From Callorhinchus milii (taxonomy: Eukaryota): a stretch of 64,000 nt of DNA. The stretch spans positions 8,868,001-8,932,000 of the forward strand of contig NW_024704742.1 in NCBI RefSeq assembly GCF_018977255.1, read 5' to 3'. Position 1 is the stretch's first letter; each line of letters opens with the position of its first letter. The notes below the pieces were generated by a model. That model ran no database searches. It saw nothing but the letters and a program-made list of their open reading frames with translations, and was not told where the DNA came from. Made by a program: the position numbers and the translations under genes. Shown in pieces: positions 1-12,600 of this stretch.

Positions 1-350
1 ATTACAGCTTCAAGCTGCTTTTTAAACTAAATCAGATTTCTAGGATCCAGGTAACTTCCAAATTCAATTGGGGTATAACTGAAATGCTTTGATGGTGTAT
101 TATGTCAACTCTGACTTGTCACTGTAGATTTTTTTACACTAACTGACCAGCACTCAAAGACCTGTCAGACTGGTGCTGTGTTAAATACAAGTCTCCCCAA
201 TTCCTTGGTAGGTGTCTACCAGTCAGAATATCTTCAGTAAATACACACTCGCCGACAAAAGAAAATCTTGCTGAATGGGTGAAATCAGTTATCGAACTTA
301 ATCACTTATCTATCCCAAAAAGTAGCGTAAACTAGGAATCTACTACATAC

Positions 351-605
351 CATTTCACACAGAGTCTTCTCCATTGCATCTCTCTGCGATTGAACACTTT
401 CCAGTTTGTGCTGCAGTTCATCTTTCTCCAGCACCACAGATGATTTTGCATTCTCCAGTTGCTGGACTTGATGGTTGAATTCCTGATCCAGTATTTGTGC
501 CTTGGAAATGTTATTGATCAGCTCACGCCTTAGTTGTTCAACCTCGATCAGTAAGTGGTCACGTTGAGATACTACCTGCTGAAGTTCATTTTTGCACCCG
601 AGTGT
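351..605 (-). CDS. CENPE: CENPE repeat unit 5 exon C (255 nt, 85 aa)
   Basis: tctgatag|ACA CTC ... TGT GAA ATG|gtatgt; phase 0-0, open. Confidence 0.9.
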
Positions 606-3600
606 CTATCAGAAAAAACATAAGGTTTTGCATGAAAATAACAATAACGGCTCCACTTCCTTGAAACCCATATGAGGATTAAGTGGCGATTAATTCTAAA
701 TCCCATCCTCAGAAGTAATTGTTCAAATCATTTATATGGCACAAAACTCAGTTATGGAACCCGTCTTCTGGCTGTGAGTAAGTGAAAGAGCAGAAAAACA
801 CATCACTTACCTTTTGTTTCTCTTTGTTTATTGTGTGGTCCTTTTCTGACAGACTTTGCTTCAGTTCAATTTCATTTTTCTGATTTACTTTTAGCTCTTC
901 TTGTAGATTTCTCATCTCTGCCTGATTCTCCACAGCCTGCAAAAGTGAATATCAGTTGCCTCTTGCAACAAAAGTAAGGTCGTTTTAAGCCACATTTCTA
1001 TAACATCCCTCATGCAGGGTAGCGTCCTCGAAAGCTTGACTGTGACGGTGATTAACTCTGACCTGGGGGAAGGGACCTTAGACATGGTTGAAGAGGAAGG
1101 TCTTCAGGTGTGACCTGAAGACTGAGAAGGATGGGGAAAGGCAGAGGGATAGAAGGAGCATGTCCTAGAATCTCGGGGCACATGGCTGAAAGTGCAGCCA
1201 CCGATGGCTAGATAATTGACATCCTTTGAACTCATGCAGTCCAGGCTGACATACCAGCCAAGATCTGGGAAAGCGCTGCATTGGTGCCGTCATTTGGATG
1301 AGACATTAAATCGAGGTCTCCTCTGCCTGTTAAAGATAGTATAGCACTATTCAAAAAGAGAAAGGGAGTTTCTCCCAATGACTTTGCCAACAATCCTCCA
1401 GACAGAATTGGTCAATCATTTCATGGTTGTTTGTGGGACATTGCAGTGCTTGCTTCACCCACAAAATACCCCATCACTAAACACTGTCCAGTATTTCCTG
1501 TAAAGTGATTTGAGACGTGCTCCCAAGCCAAAAAATGCTAAATTAGCTGTAAGGATTATTTATTTATTTTACTTTTGTTCCGGGAAATTCAAGGTTATTG
1601 TGGGGAATTAAACCGCTTCAATTTACCATCTCAATACTCTCTTGGAGATCACACTTCATTTGTTCACTCTCAGTTTGAAGGCTTGCTCGTTCTTGCTGTA
1701 ACTGCTCCTTCTCGGTCCTCAGGGTGTTCATGTTCTGCTGAAGAGAATAAAGCTGCTCCTTGAGTTCCTTTACTTCAATCTCATTTCTTGCCTCAATCAC
1801 TGTACTCTGATCTGGATTTAAACACTGATTTTCCAGGACATGATTTCCACATCCATCTTGGTATCGTATCTCCTAAATAGTTGTACAGACATATGATAAA
1901 TCCTTTGATCACAAGATGGGTTTCAATGAAGATAGTTTGGCCCATTTAATCTCACCCTCCCAAAATACTTATGTTTCTGACTTCCCATTACAGCTTCAAG
2001 CTGCTTTTTAAACTAAATCAGATTTCTGGGATCCAGGTAACTTCCAAATTCAATTGGGGTATAACTGAAATGCTTTGATGGTGTATTATGTCAACTCTGA
2101 CTTGTCACTGTAGATTTTTTTTACACTAACTGACCAGCACTCAAAGACCTGTCAGACTGGTGCTGTGTTAAATACAAGTCTCCCCAATTCCTTGGTAGGT
2201 GTCTACCAGTCAGAATATCTTCAGTAAATACACACTCGCCGACAAAAGAAAATCTTGCTGAATGGGTGAAATCAGTTATCGAACTTAATCACTTATCTAT
2301 CCCAAAAAGTAGCGTAAACTAGGAATCTACTACATACCATTTCACACAGAGTCTTCTCCATTGCATCTCTCTGCGATTGAACACTTTCCAGTTTGTGCTG
2401 CAGTTCATCTTTCTCCAGCACCACAGATGATTTTGCATTCTCCAGTTGCTGGACTTGATGGTTGAATTCCTGATCCAGTATTTGTGCCTTGGAAATGTTA
2501 TTGATCAGCTCACGCCTTAGTTGTTCAACCTCGATCAGTAAGTGGTCACGTTGAGATACTACCTGCTGAAGTTCATTTTTGCACCCGAGTGTCTAACAGA
2601 AAAAACATAAGGTTTTGCATGAAAATAACAATAACGGCTCCACTTCCTTGAAACCCATATGAGGATTAAGTGGTGATTAATTCTAAATCCCATCCTCAGA
2701 AGTAATTGTTCAAATCATTTATATGGCACAAAACTCAGTTATGGAACCCGTCTTCTGGCTGTGAGTAAGTGAAAGAGCAGAAAAACACATCACTTACCTT
2801 TTGTTTCTCTTTGTTTATTGTGTGGTCCTTTTCTGACAGACTTTGCTTCAGTTCAATTTCATTTTTCTGATTTACTTTTAGCTCTTCTTGTAGATTTCTC
2901 ATCTCTGCCTGATTCTCCACAGCCTGCAAAAGTGAATATCAGTTGCCTCTTGCAACAAAAGTAAGGTCGTTTTAAGCCACATTTCTATAACATCCCTCAT
3001 GCAGGGTAGCGTCCTCGAAAGCTTGACTGTGACGGTGATTAACTCTGACCTGGGGGAAGGGACCTTAGACATGGTTGAAGAGGAAGGTCTTCAGGTGTGA
3101 CCTGAAGACTGAGAAGGATGGGGAAAGGCAGAGGGATAGAAGGAGCATGTCCTAGAATCTCGGGGTACATGGCTGAAAGTGCAGCCACCGATGGCTAGAT
3201 AATTGACATCCTTTGAACTCATGCAGTCCAGGCTGACATACCAGCCAAGATCTGGGAAAGCGCTGCATTGGTGCCGTCATTTGGATGAGACATTAAATCG
3301 AGGTCTCCTCTGCCTGTTAAAGATAGTATAGCACTATTCAAAAAGAGAAAGGGAGTTTCTCCCAATGACTTTGCCAACAATCCTCCAGACAGAATTGGTC
3401 AATCATTTCATGGTTGTTTGTGGGACATTGCAGTGCTTGCTTCACCCACAAAATACCCCATCACTAAACACTGTCCAGTATTTCCTGTAAAGTGATTTGA
3501 GACGTGCTCCCAAGCCAAAAAATGCTAAATTAGCTGTAAGGATTATTTATTTATTTTACTTTTGTTCCGGGAAATTCAAGGTTATTGTGGGGAATTAAAC

Positions 3601-6600
3601 CGCTTCAATTTACCATCTCAATACTCTCTTGGAGATCACACTTCATTTGTTCACTCTCAGTTTGAAGGCTTGCTCGTTCTTGCTGTAACTGCTCCTTCTC
3701 GGTCCTCAGGGTGTTCATGTTCTGCTGAAGAGAATAAAGCTGCTCCTTGAGTTCCTTTACTTCAATCTCATTTCTTGCCTCAATCACTGTACTCTGATCT
3801 GGATTTAAACACTCATTTTCCAGGACATGATTTCCACATCCATCTTGGTATCGTATCTCCTAAATAGTTGTACAGACATATGATAAATCCTTTGATCACA
3901 AGATGGGTTTCAATGAAGATAGTTTGGCCCATTTAATCTCACCCTCCCAAAATACTTATGTTTCTGACTTCCCATTACAGCTTCAAGCTGCTTTTTAAAC
4001 TAAATCAGATTTCTGGGATCCAGGTAACTTCCAAATTCAATTGGGGTATAACTGAAATGCTTTGATGGTGTATTATGTCAACTCTGACTTGTCACTGTAG
4101 ATTTTTTTTACACTAACTGACCAGCACTCAAAGACCTGTCAGACTGGTGCTGTGTTAAATACAAGTCTCCCCAATTCCTTGGTAGGTGTCTACCAGTCAG
4201 AATATCTTCAGTAAATACACACTCGCCGACAAAAGAAAATCTTGCTGAATGGGTGAAATCAGTTATCGAACTTAATCACTTATCTATCCCAAAAAGTAGC
4301 GTAAACTAGGAATCTACTACATACCATTTCACACAGAGTCTTCTCCATTGCATCTCTCTGCGATTGAACACTTTCCAGTTTGTGCTGCAGTTCATCTTTC
4401 TCCAGCACCACAGATGATTTTGCATTCTCCAGTTGCTGGACTTGATGGTTGAATTCCTGATCCAGTATTTGTGCCTTGGAAATGTTATTGATCAGCTCAC
4501 GCCTTAGTTGTTCAACCTCGATCAGTAAGTGGTCACGTTGAGATACTACCTGCTGAAGTTCATTTTTGCACCCGAGTGTCTAACAGAAAAAACATAAGGT
4601 TTTGCATGAAAATAACAATATTTGATTGACGGGAGGATGTGCAGGAATAACTGTAGATAAAAGATCATGTTCAACAGGACCACGGCTCCACTTCCTTGAA
4701 ACCCATATGAGGATTAAGTGGTGATTAATTCTAAATCCCATCCTCAGAAGTAATTGTTCAAATCATTTATATGGCACAAAACTCAGTTATGGAACCCGTC
4801 TTCTGGCTGTGAGTAAGTGAAAGAGCAGAAAAACACATCACTTACCTTTTGTTTCTCTTTGTTTATTGTGTGGTCCTTTTCTGACAGACTTTGCTTCAGT
4901 TCAATTTCATTTTTCTGATTTACTTTTAGCTCTTCTTGTAGATTTCTCATCTCTGCCTGATTCTCCACAGCCTGCAAAAGTGAATATCAGTTGCCTCTTG
5001 CAACAAAAGTAAGGTCGTTTTAAGCCACATTTCTATAACATCCCTCATGCAGGGTAGCGTCCTCGAAAGCTTGACTGTGACGGTGATTAACTCTGACCTG
5101 GGGGAAGGGACCTTAGACATGGTTGAAGAGGAAGGTCTTCAGGTGTGACCTGAAGACTGAGAAGGATGGGGAAAGGCAGAGGGATAGAAGGAGCATGTCC
5201 TAGAATCTCGGGGTACATGGCTGAAAGTGCAGCCACCGATGGCTAGATAATTGACATCCTTTGAACTCATGCAGTCCAGGCTGACATACCAGCCAAGATC
5301 TGGGAAAGCGCTGCATTGTAAGAGGTGCCGTCATTTGGATGAGACATTAAATCGAGGTCTCCTCTGCCTGTTAAAGATAGTATTGCACTATTCAAAAAGA
5401 GAAAGGGAGTTTCTCTCAATGACTTTGCCAACAATCCTCAAGACAGAATTGGTCAATCATTTCATGGTTGTTTGTGGGACATTGCAGTGCTTGCTTCACC
5501 CACAAAATACCCCATCACTAAACACTGTCCAGTATTTCCTGTAAAGTGATTTGAGACGTGCTCCCAAGCCAAAAAATGCTAAATCAGCTGTAAGGATTAT
5601 TTATTTATCTAACTTTTGTTCCAGGAAATTCAAGGTTATTGTGGGGAATTAAACCCTTCAATTTACCATCTCAATACTCTCTTGGAGATCACACTTCATT
5701 TGTTCACTCTCAGTTTGAAGGTTTGCTCGTTCTTGCTGTAACTGCTCCTTCTCGGTCCTCAGGTTGTTCATGTTTTGCTGAAGAGAATAAAGCTGCTCCT
5801 TGAGTTCCTTTACTTCAATCTCATTTCTTGCCTCAATCACTGTACTCTGATCTGCATTTAAACACTCATTTTCCAGGACACGATTTCCACATCCATCTTG
5901 GTATCGTATCTCCTAAATAGTTGTAGATATATGATAAATCCTTTGATCACAAGATGGGTTTGAATGAAGACATATTGGCCCATTTGATCTCATCCTCTCA
6001 AAATACACACATTTCTGTCTTCCCATTACAGCTTCAAGCTGCTTTTTAAACTAAATCAGATTTCTAGGATCTAGGTAACTTCCCAATTCAATCGGGTTAT
6101 AACTGAAAAGCTTGGAATGTGTATTATGTCAACTCTGACTTTCACTGTAAATATTTTGACACAAATGGAGCAGAACTCAAAGACCTGTTAGAGTGTGTTA
6201 AATACAAGTCTCCCCAATTTCTTGGCAGGTGTCTACCAGTCAGAATATCTTCAGTAAATACACACATGCTGACAAAAGAAAATCTTGCTGAATGGATGAA
6301 ATCAGTTATTGAAATTAATCACTTATCTTTCCCAAAAAGTAGCCAAAACTAGGAATCTACTACATACCAGTTCAACCTTTTCACACAGAGTCTTCTCCAT
6401 TGCATCTCTCTGTGATTGAACACTTTCCAGTTTGTGCAGCAGTTCATCTTTCTCCAGCATCACAGATGATTTTGCATTCTCCAGTTGCTGGGCTTGATGG
6501 TTGAATTCCTGATCCAGTATTTGTGCCTTGGAAACGTTAGTTATAAGCTCACGCCTTTGTTGCTCAACCTCGATCAGTAAGTGGTCACGTTGAGATACTA

Positions 6601-9600
6601 CCTGCTGAAGTTCATTTTTGCACTCCAGTGTCTATCAGAAAAAACATAAGGTTTTACATGAAAATAACAATATTTGATTGACGGGAGGGTGTGCAGGAAT
6701 AACTGTAGATAAAAGATCATGTTCAACAGGACCACATGGGCTCCAGCTGCTTGAAACTCATATGAGGATTAAGTTGAGATTAATTCTAAATCCCATCCTC
6801 AGAGAACAAATTGTTGAAAGTATTTACTTGGCGCAAAACTCTCTCAGGTGTGGAATCCATCTTCTGGCTGTTTCGAGCTGTGAATAAGTGAGAGCAGAAA
6901 AACACATCACTTACCTTTTGTTTCTCTTCGTTTATTGTGTGGCCTTTTTCCGACAGACATTGTTTCAGTTCAATTTCATTTTTCTGCTTTACAATTAGTT
7001 CTTCTTGTAGATTTCTCATCTCTGCCTGATTCTCCACAGCCTGCAAAAGAATGAATGTTGCAACAAAAGTAAGGTAGAGTTTTAAGCCACAACAACATTT
7101 ACATAACATCCCTCATGCAGTATCCTAGAAAGCTCGACTGTGACGGGGATTGACGCTGAACTGGGGACACGGTTGAAGAGGAAGGTCTTCAGGTGTGACC
7201 TGAAGACTGAGAAGGATGAGGAAAGGCAGAGGGATAGAGGGAGCATGTTCTACAATCAAGGGCGTAGTGGCTGAAAGTGCAGCCACCGATGGCTAAATAA
7301 TTGACATCCTTTGAACTCATGCAGTCCAGGCTGACATACCAGCCAAGATCTGGGAAAGCGCTGCATTGTAAGAGGTGCCGTCATTTGGATGAGACATTAA
7401 ATCCAGGTCTCCTCTGCCTGTTAAAGATAGTATAGCACTATTCAAAAAGAGAAAGGGAGTTTCTCCCAATGACTTTGCCAACAATCCTCCAGACAGAATT
7501 GGTCAATCATTTCATGGTTGTTTGTGGGACATTGCAGTGCTTGCTTCACCCACAAAATACCCCGTCACTAAACACTGTCCAGTATTTCCTGTAAAGTGCT
7601 TTGAGACGTGCTCCCAAGCCAAAAAATGCTAAATCAGCTGTAAGGATTATTTATTTATTTTACTTTTGTTCCGGGAAATTCAAGGTTATTGTGGGGAATT
7701 AAACCCTTCAATTTACCATCTCAATACTCTCTTGGAGATCACACTTCATTTGTTCACTCTCAGTTTGAAGGCTTGCTCGTTCTTGCTGTAACTGCTCCTT
7801 CTCGGTCCTCAGAGTGTTCATGTTTTGCTGAAGAGAATAAAGCTGCTCCTTGAGTTCCTTTACTTCAATCTCATTTCTTGCCTCAATCACTGTACTCTGA
7901 TCTGGATTTAAACACTCATTTTCCAGGATACGATTTCCACATCCGTCTTGGTAACATATCTCCTAAATAGTTGTACAGACATATGATAAATCCTTTGATC
8001 ACAAGATGGGTTTGATTGAAGACATATTGGCCCATTTGATCTCATCTTCTCAAAATACTTACGTTTCTGTCTTCCCATTACAGCTTCAAGCTACTTTTTA
8101 AACTCAATCAGATTTCTAGGATCTAGGTAACTTCCCAATTCAATCAGGTTATAACTGAAAAGCTTGGAATGTGTATTATGTTAACTTCGACTTTCACTGT
8201 AAATATTTTGACACAAATGGAGCAGAACTCAAAGACCTGTCAGAGTGTGTTAAATACAAGTCTCCTCAATTCCTTGGTAGGTATCTTACCAGTCAGAATA
8301 TCTTCAGTAAATACACACATGCTGACAAAAGAAAATCTTGCTGAATGGATGAAATCAGTTGTTGAAATTAATCACTTATCTTTACCAAAAAGTAGCCAAA
8401 ACTAGGAATCTACTACATACCATTTCAACCTTTTCACACAGAGTCTTCTCCATTGCATCTCTCTGTGATTGAACACTTTCCATTTTTTTGAGCTGCAGTT
8501 CATCTTTCTCCAGCACCACAGATGATTTTGCATTCTCCAGTTGCTGGGCTTGATGGTTGAATTCCTGATCCAGTATTTGTGCCTTGGAAACGTTAGTTAT
8601 AAGCTCACGCCTTTGTTGCTCAACCTCGATCAGTAAGTGGTCACGTTGAGATACTACCTGCTGAAGTTCATTTTTGCACTCCAGTGTCTATCAGAAAAAA
8701 CATAAGGTTTTACATGAAAATAACAATATTTGATTGACGGGAGGGTGTGCAGGAATAACTGTAGATAAAAGATCATGTTCAACAGGACCACATGGGCTCC
8801 AGCTGCTTGAAACTCGTATGAGGATTAAGTGGTGATTAATTCTAAATCCCATCCTCAGAGAACAAATTGTTCAAAGTATTTACTTGGCGCAAAACTCTTT
8901 CTGGCTGTTTTGGGCTGTGAATAAGTGAGAGCAGAAAAACACATCACTTACCTTTTGTTTCTCTTTGTTTATTGTGTGGTCCTTTTCCGACAGACATTGT
9001 TTCAATTCAATTTCATTTTTCTGCTTTTCATTTAGTTCTTCTTGTAGATTTCTCATCTCTGCCTGATTCTCCACAGCCTGCAAAAGAATGAATATGAGCT
9101 GCCTGTTGCAACAAAAGTAAGGTAGAGTTTTAAGCCACAACAACATTTACATAACATCCCTCATGCAGTATCCTAGAAAGCTCGACTGTGACGGGGATTG
9201 ACGCTGAACTGGGGACACGGTTGAAGAGGAAGGTCTTCAGGTGTGACCTGAAGACTGAGAAGGATGAGGAAAGGCAGAGGGATAGAGGGAGCATGTTCTA
9301 CAATCAAGGGCGTAGTGGCTGAAAGTGCAGCCACCGATGGCTAAATAATTGACATCCTTTGAACTCATGCAGTCCAGGCTGACATACCAGCCAAGATCTG
9401 GGAAAGCGCTGCATTGTAAGAGGTGCCGTCATTTGGATGAGACATTAAATCCAGGTCTCCTCTGCCTGTTAAAGATAGTATAGCACTATTCAAAAAGAGA
9501 AAGGGAGTTTCTCCCAATGACTTTGCCAACAATCCTCCAGACAGAATTGGTCAATCATTTCATGGTTGTTTGTGGGACATTGCAGTGCTTGCTTCACCCA

Positions 9601-12600
9601 CAAAATACCCCGTCACTAAACACTGTCCAGTATTTCCTGTAAAGTGCTTTGAGACGTGCTCCCAAGCCAAAAAATGCTAAATCAGCTGTAAGGATTATTT
9701 ATTTATTTTACTTTTGTTCCGGGAAATTCAAGGTTATTGTGGGGAATTAAACCCTTCAATTTACCATCTCAATACTCTCTTGGAGATCACACTTCATTTG
9801 TTCACTCTCAGTTTGAAGGCTTGCTCGTTCTTGCTGTAACTGCTCCTTCTCGGTCCTCAGAGTGTTCATGTTTTGCTGAAGGGAATAAAGCTGCTCCTTG
9901 AGTTCCTTTACTTCAATCTCATTTCTTGCCTCAATCACTGTACTCTGATCTGGATTTAAACACTCATTTTCCAGGATACGATTTCCACATCCATCTTGGT
10001 ATCGTTTCTCCTAAATAGTTGTACAGACATATGATAAATCCTTTGATCACAAGATGGGTTTGAATGCCTTTAACTTTGGGATGGAATTACAGGGAGCGAA
10101 GCCCAATTTTTAACAATCTATGTTTTTGTATCCCTTGATTCTTCCACTCCACTGAGAATATTATCATTTACAGTTTAATCCCATTTTCTATTGTACTTCT
10201 CCAGAATGTTCTACTTCACATTCATCCTCCTGACTTGAAAGACTCTAAACCAAATATAAGGATTATTATGATGATGCAAACTGAATTCCACATTCCATAA
10301 AACTCTCCTAACCGCTCGCATTTATTGTCATGTTAACAGCAGTTGTGCTCAATTCAACCCATGCTCAGAGGGAAAAGATTAGACATCTTGCTCGACATCG
10401 AGCCCAAAGGGTAACACAAGAAGAAATGCCAAAGTATAATTTGAACCAACCTGCTTATCATTTCTGAGTTCATCCTTCTCAGAGGACAGACCTGTGAGGT
10501 CACGTTCCATTTGATCTGTTTCTTGGACAACCGTTGAGAGCTGCAGTTGCAGTTGTTTGCACTGGTTGTTCAGTCCATTTAGTTCATGTTTTGATTCTTT
10601 TAGTCTGGATTGTGCAGCCATTAGTTCTTCATAAAGCTGACCTTTTGCTATCGTCAACTCTTCATATTTATTTTTGTATTCCTCTCTCTCAGCTAATAAT
10701 TTATCTTTCTCTTCAGTCAAAATGCACAGTTCAGTAGCAGATTCGGCCATCTAAACATGCAAAGGAGGGAAGAACTCAGTGATCTAGTCCAGGTATGGAA
10801 AAAAGCACATGCCTACATTTTAGGAGACATAACTTGTCAACAAGTTCTGCCTTGATCAAAATTTCCACGCACTGAGTAGTCAATTCTTGTGTCAGGCTAT
10901 CTAACTGGTTCAAAAAAGTGCCCTAATACCTAATAATCTTTCTATGTACAAGTTATTTATACAGTACAACTCGCACAAGTCGTATCAGTTGGGACCCCAA
11001 CATTCAATAACATTTACGAAAAGTATGAGTGACAAGACAATTTGCACAAGTCGGATTTTATACTACGAACACATAACAGTAAACAAGTCCCTCGTTTTCC
11101 GCACTCATTTCAACTGAGTATATTGTACTGTAGTGTGCAGGTGGTACATCATCATTGCAGCTGATAAGTGTACATGTGGTGACAGATTAAGATGTTTCCC
11201 ACGCTCGTTTCAAACGGAATACTGCGCATGTTTACTTCGGCTGGTAGGTTGGCATGGTTGACAAGTCAAGACACTGCACACATACTTCAATCAGTCAGTA
11301 TATATGGTAGCGGTGTTACGAGGTTTGCAAAGAGTTTAAGATGTATTTTGGATCATTACAATTTAGCCATTTATCCGATTTATAAAATGACCTAATGCAA
11401 AGAAACCTAACCATTTTTTGGTAGGAAACTGATTGGTGCACATAACACTTAGGTGATTATACGATTTATAATGAGAAGACTTATGCAATTTTTACTGTAC
11501 TTATCCATTTTAGAAATATAATGCTTTACAGAATTTTTTGGTAGGTAAAATTACTGTTTTTTCGTAGTATCGCCCCTAAAATATTTATCTAACAATTCAA
11601 AATTTAATAAGAAAATGACAAAAACTTAAAGTTTATGCAAATTGGCAGTACTGTGTTGGCAATACTGAGCAGTGATTCTCAACCTTTTTCTGATCAAGGA
11701 CCCAACTGTAAACCTCTCTTTAGTGCAAAAATTATCTGGTTTACTAAATATTTCTTATAATAATAATCCTAGCATTTGATATAGCACTTTTCACATCTTC
11801 TAGACATCTCAAAGCGCTTCACAGAATATACTGTAAAGTGAATTGACTGTACATTTTGTGAGCGAAATGCAGCAACCAATTGCACACAGCAGTGTCCCAC
11901 AAACAGTCATGGATTGAAAATGACCAATTTATTATTTTTTTTATTTTTTTTGGAGGGATTATTATCAGGCGTGTGGAGTAAGGAAATTTGCCCAAGGTTT
12001 CACCCTGCCTGGAATTGAACCCAGATGTCTCGCTTGCAAGGTGAGTGCTCTATCCACTGAGCTACAGGACCACACCAAACCAATCAGAGTTCCCCTCATG
12101 CCACCTACACATTGAATTCCCATGACTGTAATGGATAGTGCACTCTCTCCTTAGTGATGCATCCTGCTTACCTAATTCAACAAAAACAACAACTTGCATT
12201 TATATAGTGCCCTTCACACTGGACGGCATCTCAGAGCGCTCAGATCTGGAGAATATTAAGAGCAGGCTTGCAAGATCTAAGATTCGGAGGGTCCCCAGAG
12301 TGTTTGCTATTGTACTGCTGGAGTTTCACCAGCCAAAGCTGCATGGTTTTATGCAACTGCATTCAACCATTGTAAACTCTGTATGAAAAGCTTCCTACTG
12401 CTTGTCCAGCCAGCACTCCTCTACTTGTTAGGGTTTCGGCTTGTAGAGTTGATAGGAGTTGAGTGGGAAGAATCCCTGCCCCCATCATCCCCACCTCCCC
12501 AAGTGATGATGAGTCAGGCTGGCTGATCTGTCATGAGCATTGCCCTGGACTAGTGCGGATCCGCACTAACAAGACCACCAAAAAGGGTTGACTCATTTCC

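Larger units (their letters stand above)
1..10066 (-). repeat. Tandem array of at least five ~2.0-kb units, each with three CENPE coiled-coil exons (A, B, C)
   Basis: Exon A donors at 1627, 3614, 5667, 7717 and 9765 (periods 1987, 2053, 2050, 2048). Introns are also near-identical. Similarity stops after ...gggtttgaatg at ~10066, and position 1 aligns to 1988. Confidence 0.98.

Noticed and set aside
1575..8405. Repeated plus-strand ORFs (MFREIQGY..., ...[12 protein letters not shown]...)
   Set aside because: They are antisense to exons or intronic, are disrupted in other copies, and recur only because the DNA is duplicated.
1..10066. Array as a CRISPR locus or a cluster of separate small genes (60-107 aa ORFs)
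   Set aside because: There is no repeat-spacer structure. The ORFs are exons read through into introns and splice in frame to CENPE.
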